64,000 nt of DNA from Vicugna vicugna (taxonomy: Eukaryota), in assembly GCA_013265495.1 (NCBI GenBank), contig MU057560.1, positions 1,376,753-1,440,752 on the forward strand, in the 5' to 3' direction. Positions 28,017 through 40,040 of the stretch are shown here, piece after piece. The stretch's first letter is position 1, and each line of letters starts with the position of its first letter. Both the position numbers and the translations under genes were made by a program. The notes below the pieces were generated by a model, which saw nothing but the letters and a program-made list of their open reading frames with translations, made no database searches and was not told the origin of the DNA.

Positions 28017-28357
28017 TTGCAGTGGACCCGAAGTTTGTGTCCCCTCAAAATTCATATAGAAAACCCTAACTTTCAAGATAATGGTATTAGGAGGGGGGTC
28101 CTTTGGGAGGAAATTATAAGTCCTGAGGGTGGAGCCCCCATCGTGTGATTAGTGCTCTCTCCCTGCCCCTCCTACCACTGAGGGCACAGCGGCAGGACGG
28201 CATCTGTGAACCAGGAGAGACCTCACCAGACGCGGAGCATCTCAGCTCCTTGGTCTTGGACTTCCCAGCTCCCGGAACTGAGAGAAATGAGTGCTTGTTA
28301 TTTAAAATCACCTAGTCTATGACATTTCTGTTGAAGTGCCCTGAACAGGCTAAGATA
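28017..28357 (+). mobile_element. MLT1A-like (MaLR) LTR
   Basis: tttgtgtcccctcaaaattcatat...atggtattaggagg...ccttggtcttggacttcccagctcccggaactgagagaaat...ctaagata. Confidence 0.85.
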
Positions 28358-31184
28358 GAAGAGTGAAGGTCTTCACAGCTGTGTGTTTTTGTTTCTATAT
28401 ATCTTCTCTGAAATATTCGACTATTCTCAGAAAAAAAAATTAATGAATAAAATAAAATATTTCGGTAGTTTGACTCGAAAACATTTTCGCAGTAAGACTG
28501 CAGAAATTTCATTGGCTATTTTGTTTATTTTTAGCTATTCTTATTTATTGATTTATCCATTTTTTAATCAAATGACTCCTGAATCGGTGTGCATTATGAG
28601 TAAATGTAGACTTAAGCCCTCTTCCCAGGGCTGATTTTTCTTTTAACAAAGGAGATGACATAAACAATCTTAACACATGGCATAAAGCGGCTTATGAAAT
28701 TGACTAATAAGGAACAACTTTGTGGGCATCAAGGGGAATAGAAGACACAAAGCTGCCAGGCCCGCCTGACGGTTGGCGCTGAACGCGCGCAGCGCGGCGG
28801 AGCCGCGACGTGAGCGCCGCCGGGAGCTTCGGGGCACAGAGCGGAGGACGGCGCGCTGAGCGGCCAGGCCCGCCGCGGAGCGCTGCTGACGGACGTGTGC
28901 TCACTGCCTCTGCACACCTCACAACCGGCGCACTGGGAAGCCGGCTCCCAGGGGAGCTGAAGGAGCTTAGTCCTTTCCACTTATCAAAGAAAGCACTTCT
29001 GCTTTGTGAAAATGGGTGTGCCGTGCTTCGCACCCGCGTGAGAAACCAGCACTCTGGTGAGGCGATTTAACTGGCACTTATGATATACTTGGTGTGTTGA
29101 CATTTACGGAAATCAGTGGAGCTCAGGTGGAATTCGGTGTTGATCATGGTTGGAGTGACAGCCCCTGGCCGAAACAAGATGAATAACGGGTTTTCTAAAC
29201 AGCACAAGTCTGAGGAGCTTAGTCGGCAGTGAAGTCCCTCCACTGGCTCCCTGGATGATTCAGGCTGACGACGAGGGCGCACGGGACGCCTTAGGAGTGA
29301 GCGCCTGAGCTCCAGCCATTTGGAATCTCACATTCTTCACGTGTGTCAGGTGGCCTCAAGGTTTTCTGTTTCAACTCGGATTCCTTTGTTCTCTGTCTCC
29401 ATGACCCTGTCACTCCGAGGTGCCCAGCCATCATCCACCTGCCTTATACGCTCAAGTCAAAAACTGCTTCACTTACGAAGACCTACACTCCAGAGATTTG
29501 ATATCTGTAAAAACTTCCATCAAATGATCACTTTACCAAAATTTTGGGTTTAGAGCTGTCTAAAAGGAGAGGTTACTTTGCATTTCTTTCTTGTAGCCCC
29601 TTGCCTGTCATGGGGCCTGGTGCACATGAAAATCTTCTCTTACTTAATAATTGTGTGATAAGTGGATGGATGATGGATGGATGAATCCATGAATGAATGT
29701 TTTTCTGGCACGTGCAGAGTGAAGATGGATTTGGGGGATGAGTGGGGAAAAACATGATCTTTTAAATTCCACAGTAACAAACTTTTCCAAATATGTTTTC
29801 AAAAAATAATTTACAGTACAGGATTTTAGGGCTAAATGCTGTGTATTTTGCATAAAGGAAAACTTCATCCCAAGGGAAAGAGGAGGTGATTTACTTCACT
29901 AATCCTGACTACAGGTCTGTTTCAGAGAAGAATACATTTTTGTCAGATCATATGACTGTATCTTATTAAGGTAAAATTTACATATAAATTTTACTCTAGC
30001 CAGGGAATTCATCCATGCAGAAAGGAAAAAATCAACCTGCAGCATGAATCAATGCAGCCTTGAGAAGAAGGACTGTGAGTCCAGTGGGGTAAACACGGCT
30101 TTGATATGTCCCAACTTAAAACCTCCTAGCCGTGCCCTAGAACCACACAGTGACGTGCATTTAGTGCCAACCATGGGCCGGAACGTGCTCTGGGTTCTTG
30201 CTCCCACGTGTCACCCAATCTCACAGCAGCCTGGTGTGGCAGGCTCGTTAGACCCCTCACGCACACGGAGATGGGCACGTGCGGGGGGGGAACCAACCGG
30301 CCCCACAGCGTGGCCCACGAGCAGGGAAGCTCGGCCTTGAAATGCAAATCTCCCTGAAAGCAACGGCCTAGCTTTCAGACGCTGCCCTCAGCTCCTTTGT
30401 GATTCTTGCTGACCTACCTGACCTGCGACCTCGTTTTTGTCATCGCTAACATTTAAGGGAACCAGGAATTTCAAAATTTCTCTTAAATACCTATTTTTTT
30501 TGCTTGTTTATTTTCTTTCTCCTCTGGAATGGAGATTGGCCAAAATCGCTCTCACAAAAACACTGTAACTGAAGACAGAGACACATTTTTGTCATATGTG
30601 AAAACACACTCAGAAGTGGCCACATACCCAGACACCACGATCATCTGTTTACCCGGGGAGGACGGGCGAGGCTCTGGTCTTGCCGTCAGGACAGAGACCT
30701 CAGACCGCATCACCCTTACAGCTGTAGTTTGACTCAGCCTGTCTCATATTTTCAGGAAATGTCACTCAAGCCACTAGAGATGTGTTAATGTGACAATTAG
30801 TTTGAGAGTGACAGTCATCAGAACACTGCGGTTGACACCAAAAATGGGGATTTTGAAAATAGTAGTGATGATCTGACCTCTAATTACAAGAATTTTTGTA
30901 TCATTTTATTCCATTAAATGTGAAATTCATTCAGGGTCACATCTGGATCCTGGTAACAGCTGTGAAAATTGTTTCTCTGTCTCCACTCTCAATTCTTTCT
31001 AATTCACTTATGAGACTGTGGAAATAACGATCATTTAAAATGCAAAGACGACCATTCCATTCCTAAGTTTAAAATATGTGGGTAAATCTCACTGACTTCA
31101 GAGGAAGCTAAACTTCTCAGCATGACCTGAACGTCCACCAAACCTGCTTCTCTACCTGCTCTCCCTGGCGGATCTAGAATGAAT

Positions 31185-31650
31185 CCTAATGTTTGTATGC
31201 ATAACAGTGTTTATAGCAACATGTTTTATAGTTAAAAGTATACTGGACGAAGTAAATATCCATCAGTGGTGGATTATAAAATTAAATTGTGCTACACAGG
31301 TAAAATAAAGTAGAAAGCAATGAAAATAAATGAACTACAGCTATACACATAAGCATAAGTGGAACTAGACACTATCATGTTGGTCGAAAAAAGAACTCAT
31401 GAAAGATTGCATAGAGGGTAGTCATATATGTAAATCAGGTAACATATCGCTTAGAGATAGAGCCATATTTTTATAATAATGAGGAGACCCTAAGCAGAGA
31501 AATGCTCATTGTGGCTGCCTTATGGGAACAAGATGCCAAGTGTGCTCAAATGAGTGATGAAAACAGTGTTCTATTTCTTTAAAATGGGCATAGCACATAG
31601 AGGTTTTTGTTTCAATATTGTGCTTTTAGAATGTGTGTAAACATACACAT
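31185..31650 (+). mobile_element. Old L1ME-like 3' end
   Basis: gtttatagcaacatgttttatag...atatccatcagtgg...gcaatgaaaataaatgaactacagctatac. Confidence 0.65.
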
Positions 31651-31919
31651 GTGTATATATATAATATCTCATCTTTTCATTTTAAACATGTGCAAATAGG
31701 ACAAGATTTGCTAATTCTGAAATCAAGAGGGGACATCACACGTAGTAATCACACCAGAAGTAGCGCTTAGATTTCCAAATCAATAGGCAAATATATTACT
31801 ACAACTAGGGGTAACAAATTAACTAATAAATAGATCAAAAGTATAAAGTTAGTATACGAAGAATATAAACACAAGGCAAAGCCCAACGTAACGGCAAAAG
31901 TGTATCAATAGATTAATAA

Positions 31920-32393
31920 ATGAATCGTGTCGGAAAATGAACACCAAAAAAATCAGTGCTCGTGACTACAGCACTACTTACTGATACAATGTGCTGTATT
32001 CCTCTACTGAGTTAAGTTTTAAATAAATGAAACGGTCTTGATACCCGGCTGGCAAGTCTTTGGATTACATTTGCTACTGTTGGAGGTATGTTGCTGCATC
32101 TTTTTCTGAATTTTATTTGCAATAATTACCAGGAATTTTTAAGTATCTAAATATTTATTTCAGTAAGTCTATTGCTCACATCATGATTTGTGTGCAAACA
32201 TTTAGGAAAAATACACATAACAGCCCAAACCGGAGACTTCCGGAAGGTATAATCTGAGCAGTTTAAATGGCTGTGGTGTATCCGGATAAAGAAGCAACAG
32301 AATTGCTCAGTATGGTGTTGATGAGAAGGTGCGTAATGATGTGGGAAATAATTATGATGCAATGCTGACCGCACAGCGCGTTAACATGTGCGA
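31920..32393 (-). pseudogene. Pseudogene A terminal coding exon (GREB1 C-terminal domain-like)
   Basis: tcttttatcttgtgcacag acceptor. LFPTSLRT ~ FFPLSLKN; HSHLNCSDYTF ~ HSLNISCSDLLF; VIQRL ~ TVVRL; EEYST ~ DEFQT; SRALIFLVFIFRH ~ DRPLFFLTGRH. Confidence 0.75.
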
Positions 32394-32533
32394 CTGTGCA
32401 CAAGATAAAAGAGACGTTTGCCAAGATGTGAATTTCTTGATTCAAGATGAAGAGAATTTGAGTGACATTTTTTCTTTTCTCAGGGATCTGTATTATCATG
32501 TCCATTTTTGGAGTGTTTTCCAAATGTCCTTAC

Positions 32534-32614
32534 CTTTGCCTTTCACTATTTGGATAATTGTGGAGAATAAGGTAAGAAAAATATAGTAATGCCAGAATCA
32601 ATACAATTATTTTC
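32534..32614 (-). pseudogene. Pseudogene A 81-nt exon
   Basis: gttgacag acceptor, gtaagg donor, phase 0-0. ENNCIDSGITIFFLP loosely ~ NLNAVKSPIFTP. Confidence 0.5.
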
Positions 32615-32847
32615 CTGTCAACACTTCCTCATATCAAACAAAATAAACTGAACACCTTGTTCACCGTGAGCACATAAAGTTGTCCAGTTTAGTAAAGATG
32701 GAAGAACCAGGTGCCCACGGACAGAAGCGTCTCCCATTCACGCGTTCGTGGAAAGCTTGCCTGAAAGAGAATTGCTACATTTAAAACATTTGCAGTGGAG
32801 AATCAATTCCTTTTACTTTTTCTGCTTAACTTCCTATTAAGACCTGC

Positions 32848-33266
32848 CTTTGTCCTTCAATCATGGGTCCGGTTCATGCGCGTCGCCAAGTGGAGACATC
32901 CTGGAGCGAAGGTCCTTTGAGCAGGAAGCCAGAGCACGGCTCACGTGCCCCAGACGAGCCCGGGTGCCCTCACACCCTGCTGGCCCTTACTGGGTTTTAA
33001 GGGTGAATTTTCAGCGTTGCAAAAAGTGGGGCAGCAGGGCTCTGCGGAGATTGCTACCTGCGCCCTTGTTCCAGTTTGAAAGTTTTACGGGTCTTTTGCT
33101 TTGGAAACTGCTCTGTAGCACAGGCCGTGCCTCCCCGGAGCCGTGGGCTGGAGGCTGGTGTTGTTCTTAGTTTTTCTTACAAACCCAAAATTACTTCCAT
33201 TGCTACAAGGAACCCTGAGTGCACCCTTGTACAGTGGCTCCAAGTGTGGATAATGGTCAGAAGCTC
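32848..33266 (-). pseudogene. Pseudogene A exon
   Basis: Strong acceptor ttttgtcttcccag, GC-type donor gcaggt. YPHLEPLYKGALRV ~ WPDIESFSKMPFDV; frameshifts further on. Confidence 0.65.
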
Positions 33267-33373
33267 CTGGGAAGACAAAACTAAAACACGAAAGCCCCAA
33301 GAACACCAGCTAGGGAGCTGGGTAGGCGCTCAGCCCGCCTCAGGAACCACCGTGGGCCGCCTCCACCCTTTAC

Positions 33374-33629
33374 GACCAGCCAGCGCGCCCGGGCTCAGCA
33401 GCAGGGCAGGGGACAGGTGGCCGCCCCGCCGCCGTCTCTCCAGTCCCTGGTGCAGAAGAAGCTCAGGTGCCGGCGGTGCGGCGGCTGCCGGGACGTAGGG
33501 CTCCGGCATGCAGTTTGTATCCGCAACAGCGAGACCATGTGATACACGTCAGGAGCGGGGCCTTGCCTCTGAAGCCCAGCCTGGAGTCAGCCATTCTGAC
33601 CACCTGATGTCTTTTAACAAATGTGTTTC
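33374..33629 (-). pseudogene. Pseudogene A exon (degenerate Walker-A region)
   Basis: caagcag acceptor, gtaaag donor, phase 0-1. DIRWSEWLTP ~ DVAWVSSLRP; PELLLHQGLERRRRGGHL ~ PRRLLLTGPPQVGKTGSYL. Confidence 0.7.
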
Positions 33630-33809
33630 CTGCTTGAATTAGACAGAGAGGCTGTGTTGTGGCAACAGGGAATTCTGACTGACAAGGACACTGGTCAAAC
33701 CCACTGCTTGTACAAGTGGTATTACTGGCGTGGGGTGGTTTCCCGTGTCCCCACGGAGCAGGTTGAAGGTGTGCACCCATAATTAAGGGGAAACATTAAA
33801 ATATACATA

Positions 33810-33875
33810 TCTTCCTTCCTTCCTTCCATCCTTCCTCTCTCTCTTTCTTTCCTTCTTTCTTTCCTTTCTCCTTCT
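33810..33875. repeat. (TTCC/TTTC)n simple repeat
   Basis: Directly visible; lies in an intron of pseudogene A. Confidence 0.9.
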
Positions 33876-34131
33876 TAAACCAGGACCACAAATCCAGAGG
33901 TCCACTTGGAATAGGACAGTGGAATGGTCAGGCCAGGCCGGACACTGAAAATGAACTTCAGTAAACCCTGTCCCTCGGGGACATGGCGTCTTCACACACA
34001 AGCCTGTGTCACACCAGCATAATATTCTTTCCCAAATGTGATGACTGGTATGCGGTCAACATGAGGGCTCTCCAAACCTGCTTCAAGATCGGGGAAGGGG
34101 CCAGTGAGGGGGGCTGGGAGGCAGGACTCAC

Positions 34132-34290
34132 ATTTTCTCTCTTTTCAGGCCCCAAGGCAGCGGCCGCCCCATGGGCCCTGTGGCCTTGGCTACATAAAGG
34201 GCATCTTCGAGAGCACAGGAAACTGGACTCCTCAAACCCTGCCCAGGCAGGCAGTGCGCAAGGATGTGGCTTCTCAGCCTCGCCGTAAAG
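34132..34290 (-). pseudogene. Pseudogene A exon (still open, 53 codons)
   Basis: tatttgcag acceptor, gtgagt donor. LYGEAEKPHPCAL..SRRCPL..ALGPE ~ TYLELEGLPCIL..SLRYCDL..ALEQE. Confidence 0.8.
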
Positions 34291-34640
34291 CTGCAAATAC
34301 AGGCAGAAAATTGAAGAAATTGGCCGATAAAACTTCCTGTCCCTTCAGGCATAAAAATGAGAGATGAGCAGCCTGAAATTTAGAGTTGGTTTTCTTGCCT
34401 AACTAGCTGTGGGCAAACGAGAAGGTGTTAAGCTCTGTTTCACAATCTTCTTTATTTAGATTGTATATTTTCCTGTAGGAAAACTTCCATCATAAATTTC
34501 TATATTTAGAATTTGCCTGGGATTGAAATGCCTTGAGCACTGAGAATGAAACCTAGTTCTTCCATTTTCTAGCTAGCAGTTCAGTTCAATTTGCTAAGCC
34601 TCTCTTCGCGATGGGATGTGGAAAACACACTAGACCTCAC

Positions 34641-35039
34641 TGAGGTGTGCAGAGCCAGTGAGAAAGCAAACATCTGATGGCTGCTCCAAAGTGAGGGTGA
34701 GCGACGTCAAGGACGTCATAACCACGGGGACCAGATACACAGAATAGCGACGTTCCCATAGTGTATCGTACGCTCCCTGGCTTATCAAGCAGTGTCTAGT
34801 CAGTGGTCAGGGCGTCGCAGGGCATGGTGACTCTAATCCAGAGCCAGCGTTTCAAAGGACACTGAGCGCAGCCAGACAGAGTCGATAAAGAGACGTGCTG
34901 CTTCTTCCAGGGACAAGAGTCACTTCGGCCACAGTCATTCCGGGACGAGCGAGGAGCCACTCTCCAAAGGGAGACTGAAGAGAATCAGGGAGGTGAACTA
35001 GAATACGGTAAACGGAGCTGCGGCAGCGAGGGAGGTGAC
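34641..35039 (-). pseudogene. Pseudogene A exon
   Basis: ccagcag acceptor, gtgagg donor. LPRCRSSVYRILV ~ FPRLHSAVIRTFV; AQCPLKRWLWIRVTMPCDAL ~ KQCPCGHGLMVLLRVPCSPL; HFGAAIR ~ HFVKQLR. Confidence 0.75.
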
Positions 35040-35474
35040 CTGCTGGCAGACGGGTCACATCAAGCTGTGCTGTTTGCTGCAGGTGCTAATCCCTTAGGCA
35101 CAGGTGGGAGCCAAGGCTTCTGCGAGGGAACTTTCTCTTCCCCTAAGTGGTGTGCCTCTGTCATGCACAGACTAATCCGCTTAGGTTCTACACACCTGCA
35201 AAAGGGACGTGAGACCCCTCAGACGCTTTCATTAACTTTTAAGTAAAGTTGGTTTCTCATTCGTGTAAGCGACCAGAGCCTGGAGGCTGCATGTGACTCA
35301 CAGATTCTCCATCTCCTGACACGTCTCCTGGGGGGAAAAATCAGAAAGACAGAGAAATGGGGGAAAAGGGCTTCCTAGGACAATTTGAAGGCAGAAAAGT
35401 TGATTGAGAATTGGCCTAATTGTCCTTCCGGCCACACTGCACCCCGTAGGTGGAGTGATTTAAGTCGCCCCTAC

Positions 35475-35982
35475 TTCTCAGACTGATGAGACCGAAGTGC
35501 GAGTTTTCTTGTTCGCAGACAAGTTTCGCTAGCTAGCTGTGTTTCAGACCGCGACGTCGGGCGGCCGGGAAAGCCCTCGCCTCCTCCCGGGTTTGGCCGG
35601 CATTGAGAGTGCGCCGCGGTCTGGTTCGGTGGGGAGGGCAGCTTTCTCGTCTGAGCTGCTTCTCCGTCTCTGCCTGTGCGGGTATGTGCTTGTGCCTCCA
35701 GACCCAGAGGGACGGCTCACGGAGAGCCGCGTGTGAGAGAACATCAGCGCGGTGCGCGCGCCAGAAGTGTGTACTTTGATGGAGTCATAAAGCACCAGCA
35801 GCGTGTGTATTTTGTAATGCAGGAGTTCAGAAAGGCTTGTGAGGGGCCCCGGCGGAGACGACAGCACTGTGGTCACGGGTGGCCGCACCCCTAGACACAA
35901 ACAAGCGTCACTTACTCTTAGTTCCTGCAAGATCGTCGTCACTTGCGTGTAAACCGTTTGTGACCAGGTCGTCCTGATCAGC
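35475..35982 (-). pseudogene. Pseudogene A exon (Walker-B-like region of the circularly permuted SF2 helicase-like module); 3' boundary uncertain
   Basis: tgcttcag acceptor. Long open frame (ORF 35544..36113) TWSQT..ILQELRV..KIHTLLVLYD with near-identical spacing to GREB1 TYQQT..LLELGL..NPHTLFVLIHD; later frames give ENSHFGL ~ ENKKYFGL. Confidence 0.75.
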
Positions 35983-36833
35983 CTGAAGCAGAAGATGCCA
36001 GCCACGTGAGAGCCCTGGGGCGGGGGAGGCTGGTGGTCATCGCCCTCACTGGGAAGCAGGGGCCCCCGGGCTGGGAAAGTGGGGGGGGCTGCTCTTCCTC
36101 TCTCGGAAGCCAAAGGGAGTCACACTTAGGGGCTGGAGGAAGGGCAGCCTGCAAAGAGAGGACGGAGGGCTTCCTGGAAGAGGTGAGCACAGGCCCCTGG
36201 AGACAGGGCTGTGTGTGAGACGGAGGCAGCTCTCCCTCTGTGACTCGGAGGCTGGGGAGGCCCGGGGCATGCTGCAGGAACTCGTGCAGGACGGATAACC
36301 GCCAAGTGTTTCTGAGCAAAAGGTGGGCTCGCCCTCTCTCTTTCAGTCCCCTGCAGCCTTTGGAGAGTGTTGAAAGGGTCCTGAATTCTTACTTCTTACC
36401 TCCATGGGAAAAACAAACACGGAGATTCATGGAGGGGCAAGACTCATGGCCCAGCAAATGCAACCCCCGTGTCTGGAAAAGAAGATGGGAGTATGTGCCA
36501 GGATTGGGGCCAGTGGGCAGTCTGCCTTCACACTGCGATGGTCGTTGGTGACATATGTGACCCAGGTGAAGGTGGCACTCCCCACAAGAAGCCACACTCA
36601 CCACCGCCACAGGCAAGGAAGACCCAGAGCTGTATCAGGAACTCATTCCTTCCCCAGCACCGGGCTAGTCAGGTAGGAAGGTGTCTTGTCCCCATCTCTG
36701 TTCCCCTTTCTTCCCAATGACAACATTGCTAGGGGAGGTGAGGCGGCATCTCAGAGTGAGGTGTCCTCCCCCACCTCCAGGCTGCAGAGGTGAGAGCAGT
36801 GCCCGCACTGGAGGACAGGGTGAAGTGCTTTAC

Positions 36834-37060
36834 GTTTCAGAAATGAAAGTGACCGGAAGTTTCTGGATTCTGCCGAATTATGACTCTCGGGTTAGAAACG
36901 TCGCACAGATAAAAGCGATGTTGGGGAAAGCGGGATACGCCTGATTGCAGCGTCGTTTACTATGATCGGTGCATAACCGTCCTGCGTCCCCTCTAGACGC
37001 TGGCCCTGGTTAGATTCTAAGTGTGTAAAGATAAGGCTCTCCTCTTCTGAAATATGTGAT
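36834..37060 (-). pseudogene. Pseudogene A exon
   Basis: tctacttag acceptor, gtaaag donor. ESNQG..AIRRIPL..LLS ~ ENQG..SIRPFQL..LLS, then after a frameshift FGRIQKL ~ LGSFEKV. Confidence 0.65.
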
Positions 37061-37963
37061 CTAAGTAGACAGACAGTCAATTGCAATACAGTCTGGTAAG
37101 TGTCGTGACCCACGAGGTAGTGTTGCGGTGGCAGAGTCCCCAGCCAACATGGGAGGCGCGTCTTCAGGGTGGGGAGTTAGGTGATGACGACGGCAGGGAG
37201 GAGTTCGGACGGGAGGGGATACCTGGTCTGAGGTTTGAGAACAGACTGGGCGCTGCATCACTTCTCAGAGAAAGAAGGGCGTGGGCGAGTCCCGCACAAG
37301 TAAAGGCGCAGTGATCGTAGTGCGTGACTTCTCCGCAAACTGCACGCCGTCCATTAAATCTGGAGCCTGGCCTGTGTGAGAAAGGGGGTCAGAACTGGAG
37401 AAGAGTGAGAGGTCCTGGGCAGAGAGACGCAAGCAGAGCCTGCGAATTGTAGCACCACCGACGCAGACTAAGCAGAAGGGCTGATCACGGCCGAGTGACA
37501 AAGGCACGCAGGTTCACTCTGGGCCTCAGGGACGCGTGTCTTGAATAATTAACTGACCTCCATGTGAAAGCATCTGTGAGGATTAAAAAATAAGAACACA
37601 TAAAAATGTTGGACTACGCAGCCATTGTTCAAATATACTCATTTCACAAATGTGATACGTGCTTAGTTTGAGTTAATTAAAGTAATTTCCCAGAACCATT
37701 TGCTACTGAAAACAAGCACCTGATGACACTGGGGTGTCACCCAGTGACGCCTCTAAGAAAGGCTAAACCAAGACTGTAAGCTTCTGGAAGGACTAAGGGG
37801 TCATATTAATTAGTTAATAACTCCTGTAAACTGGCTTGCAGGTGGCTGTACTAACGTGTCTCTGAATCAGCCCCCTAGGAAAGGCTCGGTTAAAGAGTGG
37901 CCATTGGGAGAAATGTTTCCCCTGGAAGAAGAGTGTCACCAAGCAGTTTTGGTTAATTCTTAC

Positions 37964-38020
37964 ATACATTTGAAATCGTCTCTGTACTCTCTTGCTGGGT
38001 TCCCCCGCCCAGATACTTTT
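37964..38020 (-). pseudogene. Pseudogene A small exon
   Basis: 57 nt, phase 2-2, gtaaga donor, poor acceptor. Reads KVSGRGNPAREYRDDFKC. Confidence 0.35.
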
Positions 38021-38267
38021 CTAATTGTCTTGCACTTATTCCATAAATATTTATGCAGGACGGATAGAATGTGTGGACGCTGTGAGACAGATAAGAGACG
38101 ATGTGTAAGAGTGCCCTCATAGTCAAGAGCTTAAACGTCTCCTGTGAGAGGCACAGCCTGCAGAGGACGGTCTGTAAATTCAGAGGCAGGTGCACAGCCC
38201 TGAGCCCCAGATGCGGGACTGGGTAGTAGGTGGTAAAGACCTGCTAACTCTTCTCTTAAAACTTCAC

Positions 38268-38520
38268 CCTTTCTCTCCTAACAGCAAGGACAGAGACTCC
38301 TCGCTCACAATAACAGATCTGACTGACCATAGCTCCAGTGGTGTTCTTCTGCCACAAACTTGGTTTCAGTTCCTTTAAAAATACTGGATGCAGCATGTAT
38401 TCTGATGATGTAACAACAAAACACAAAATACATCACTGTGGGCGTCTGATCACCGTAATTACTTTGAGCTTTTCTATCCTCTTACTCAGTTGGTCATCTT
38501 TTATTCACAGGGGATCAGTT
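38268..38520 (-). pseudogene. Pseudogene A exon (weak homology)
   Basis: ctatag acceptor, gtgaag donor. Start phase compatible with the previous exon; needs an internal frameshift; SVIVSEESL ~ ARILSESL. Confidence 0.45.
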
Positions 38521-38777
38521 CTATAGTGTTAAGTGATCAATCTTGACAGTGATTTGCTGGAATTGATCAGTCAAGGCTAAGAATGTTTAATAAGCAGCTG
38601 CCTGGGAGGGATGGGTTAACAAAACAGTGCTCGCAGTGCCTTCCAGCAAGTCCACAGGTAAAGATCGTGTAGGATTTTTCCCTCTCAGTCTGCACTTTTA
38701 ATTTATCCCAGCCTCTGCCCTCTGACATACACGCTACTTCACGACACTGGAGAGCACTAATGCATGAGAAACAAAAC

Positions 38778-38922
38778 CTGACTCGCAAGAGTGGCTCATT
38801 CACCAGCCCCGCGGGCACCGAAGGCAGCCCCACTGCCTGGCGTCACTCGGGTAGCACGCTCTGCAGCGGTGCATCCAAGACACTGCAATGCTGTGATGCT
38901 GCACTGAAAATGGAAAATACAT
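38778..38922 (-). pseudogene. Pseudogene A exon
   Basis: tttgacag acceptor, weak gttttg donor, phase 1-2. GLPSVPAGL ~ GEPVSVPDNL; one TGA. Confidence 0.5.
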
Positions 38923-39732
38923 CTGTCAAAGAAGACGTAATACATCTATGCGTGTTATGAAGCAAAATACTTAAAGGTAGCGTTGCGTTAATAAATTTTG
39001 ACTATTAGCATACTATTACCAAATACAAAATTTTATTCATGAGGAAAGTAGAAACCAAGACCAAAATAAGAGAAAGGGCAGAAAGTGAGTTTGCATTAAC
39101 ATTTCTTGCTAAATTTATCTTTTCTCCATCAAAGTAGAAAGAACGTTTTTGCCACATATGTCTTACTAATTCTAACTACTTTCTGTTCATTAAGATGTTT
39201 TGATTCTTAAAGATTTACCTTTAAAACTTATAAATGCTCAGTGATCAAAAAGCATATTAACAAACATGAGCAATCTTAGCATTTTTAAAATATTTCCCAA
39301 AATAAGAGTAGCAGGTGTGGCCTACGTATAGCAGATTCCTTAAAGACTTCACGTCGCAACTTTAAAAGCAGCTGATAATTCCAGAAGCAAAACGCTTTTT
39401 CCCTCTATTGCCCTGCACACTAAATCTATTTAGTCAAACATACTCCAATATTTCTGGACAAACTGTGATTTTATTGACGAGAACAGCCAATACATCTCTT
39501 GCCCTCTTCATAAGGAATATGTGGAAATGAATGAAATGCTGGTCTTCAAATTTTTGAAAGAAATTTTAATTGGTATTTAATAGCCACAATTACTGGAAAC
39601 ACAGAAAAATGTTGGTGTAATTTTCCAACAAATAAGAGGCCAAGGTTTAAACTTTCATCCTAAAGTTATAATTTAGGAAAACATTTTCTGTCATCGCTGT
39701 TAAGTATCTTGTAACAACACATTCGCACTCAC

Positions 39733-39915
39733 CTGACGTGGTGATTTCATTATTTTCTTTCTTTCCCACTTAGATGACATAGACACATATTTTTTTATAC
39801 ACTGACAGTAAAATGTACATGTCTTTTTGTATTTTTCTGGTCTAATTTAACATTGTATTTCTTAGAATCACCAACGACAGACAATTTCTTTGGCTTGACC
39901 CAGAACAACAACAAT
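39733..39915 (-). pseudogene. Pseudogene A exon
   Basis: Polypyrimidine+catag acceptor, gtgagt donor. LLLFWVKPKKL..NVKLDQKNTKRHVHFTV ~ FLLVGVKSPSL..NLKLTTQPKKQKHLKYYL; probable frameshift near an A7 run. Confidence 0.7.
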
Positions 39916-40040
39916 CTATGTTGAAGTATGAACAAATAAAGAAAAAATGCCATTCTCTTAATTAACTCAGTGCTCAGATTTATAGCTGTGATAGCATCCA
40001 CTTGTCTCCCTGCCTCTCTTCCCTCTGGTTTACCTCTTAC

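Noticed and set aside
32300..32375. LHHNYFPHH resembling the TAGT motif YKKYWPNH
   Set aside because: Overlapping frames match the GREB1 C-terminal domain better and continuously to the terminus
35892..35915. gtaagt...ctag apparent intron inside a pseudogene A exon
   Set aside because: About 25 nt is too short for splicing, and reading through preserves the GREB1 motif spacing
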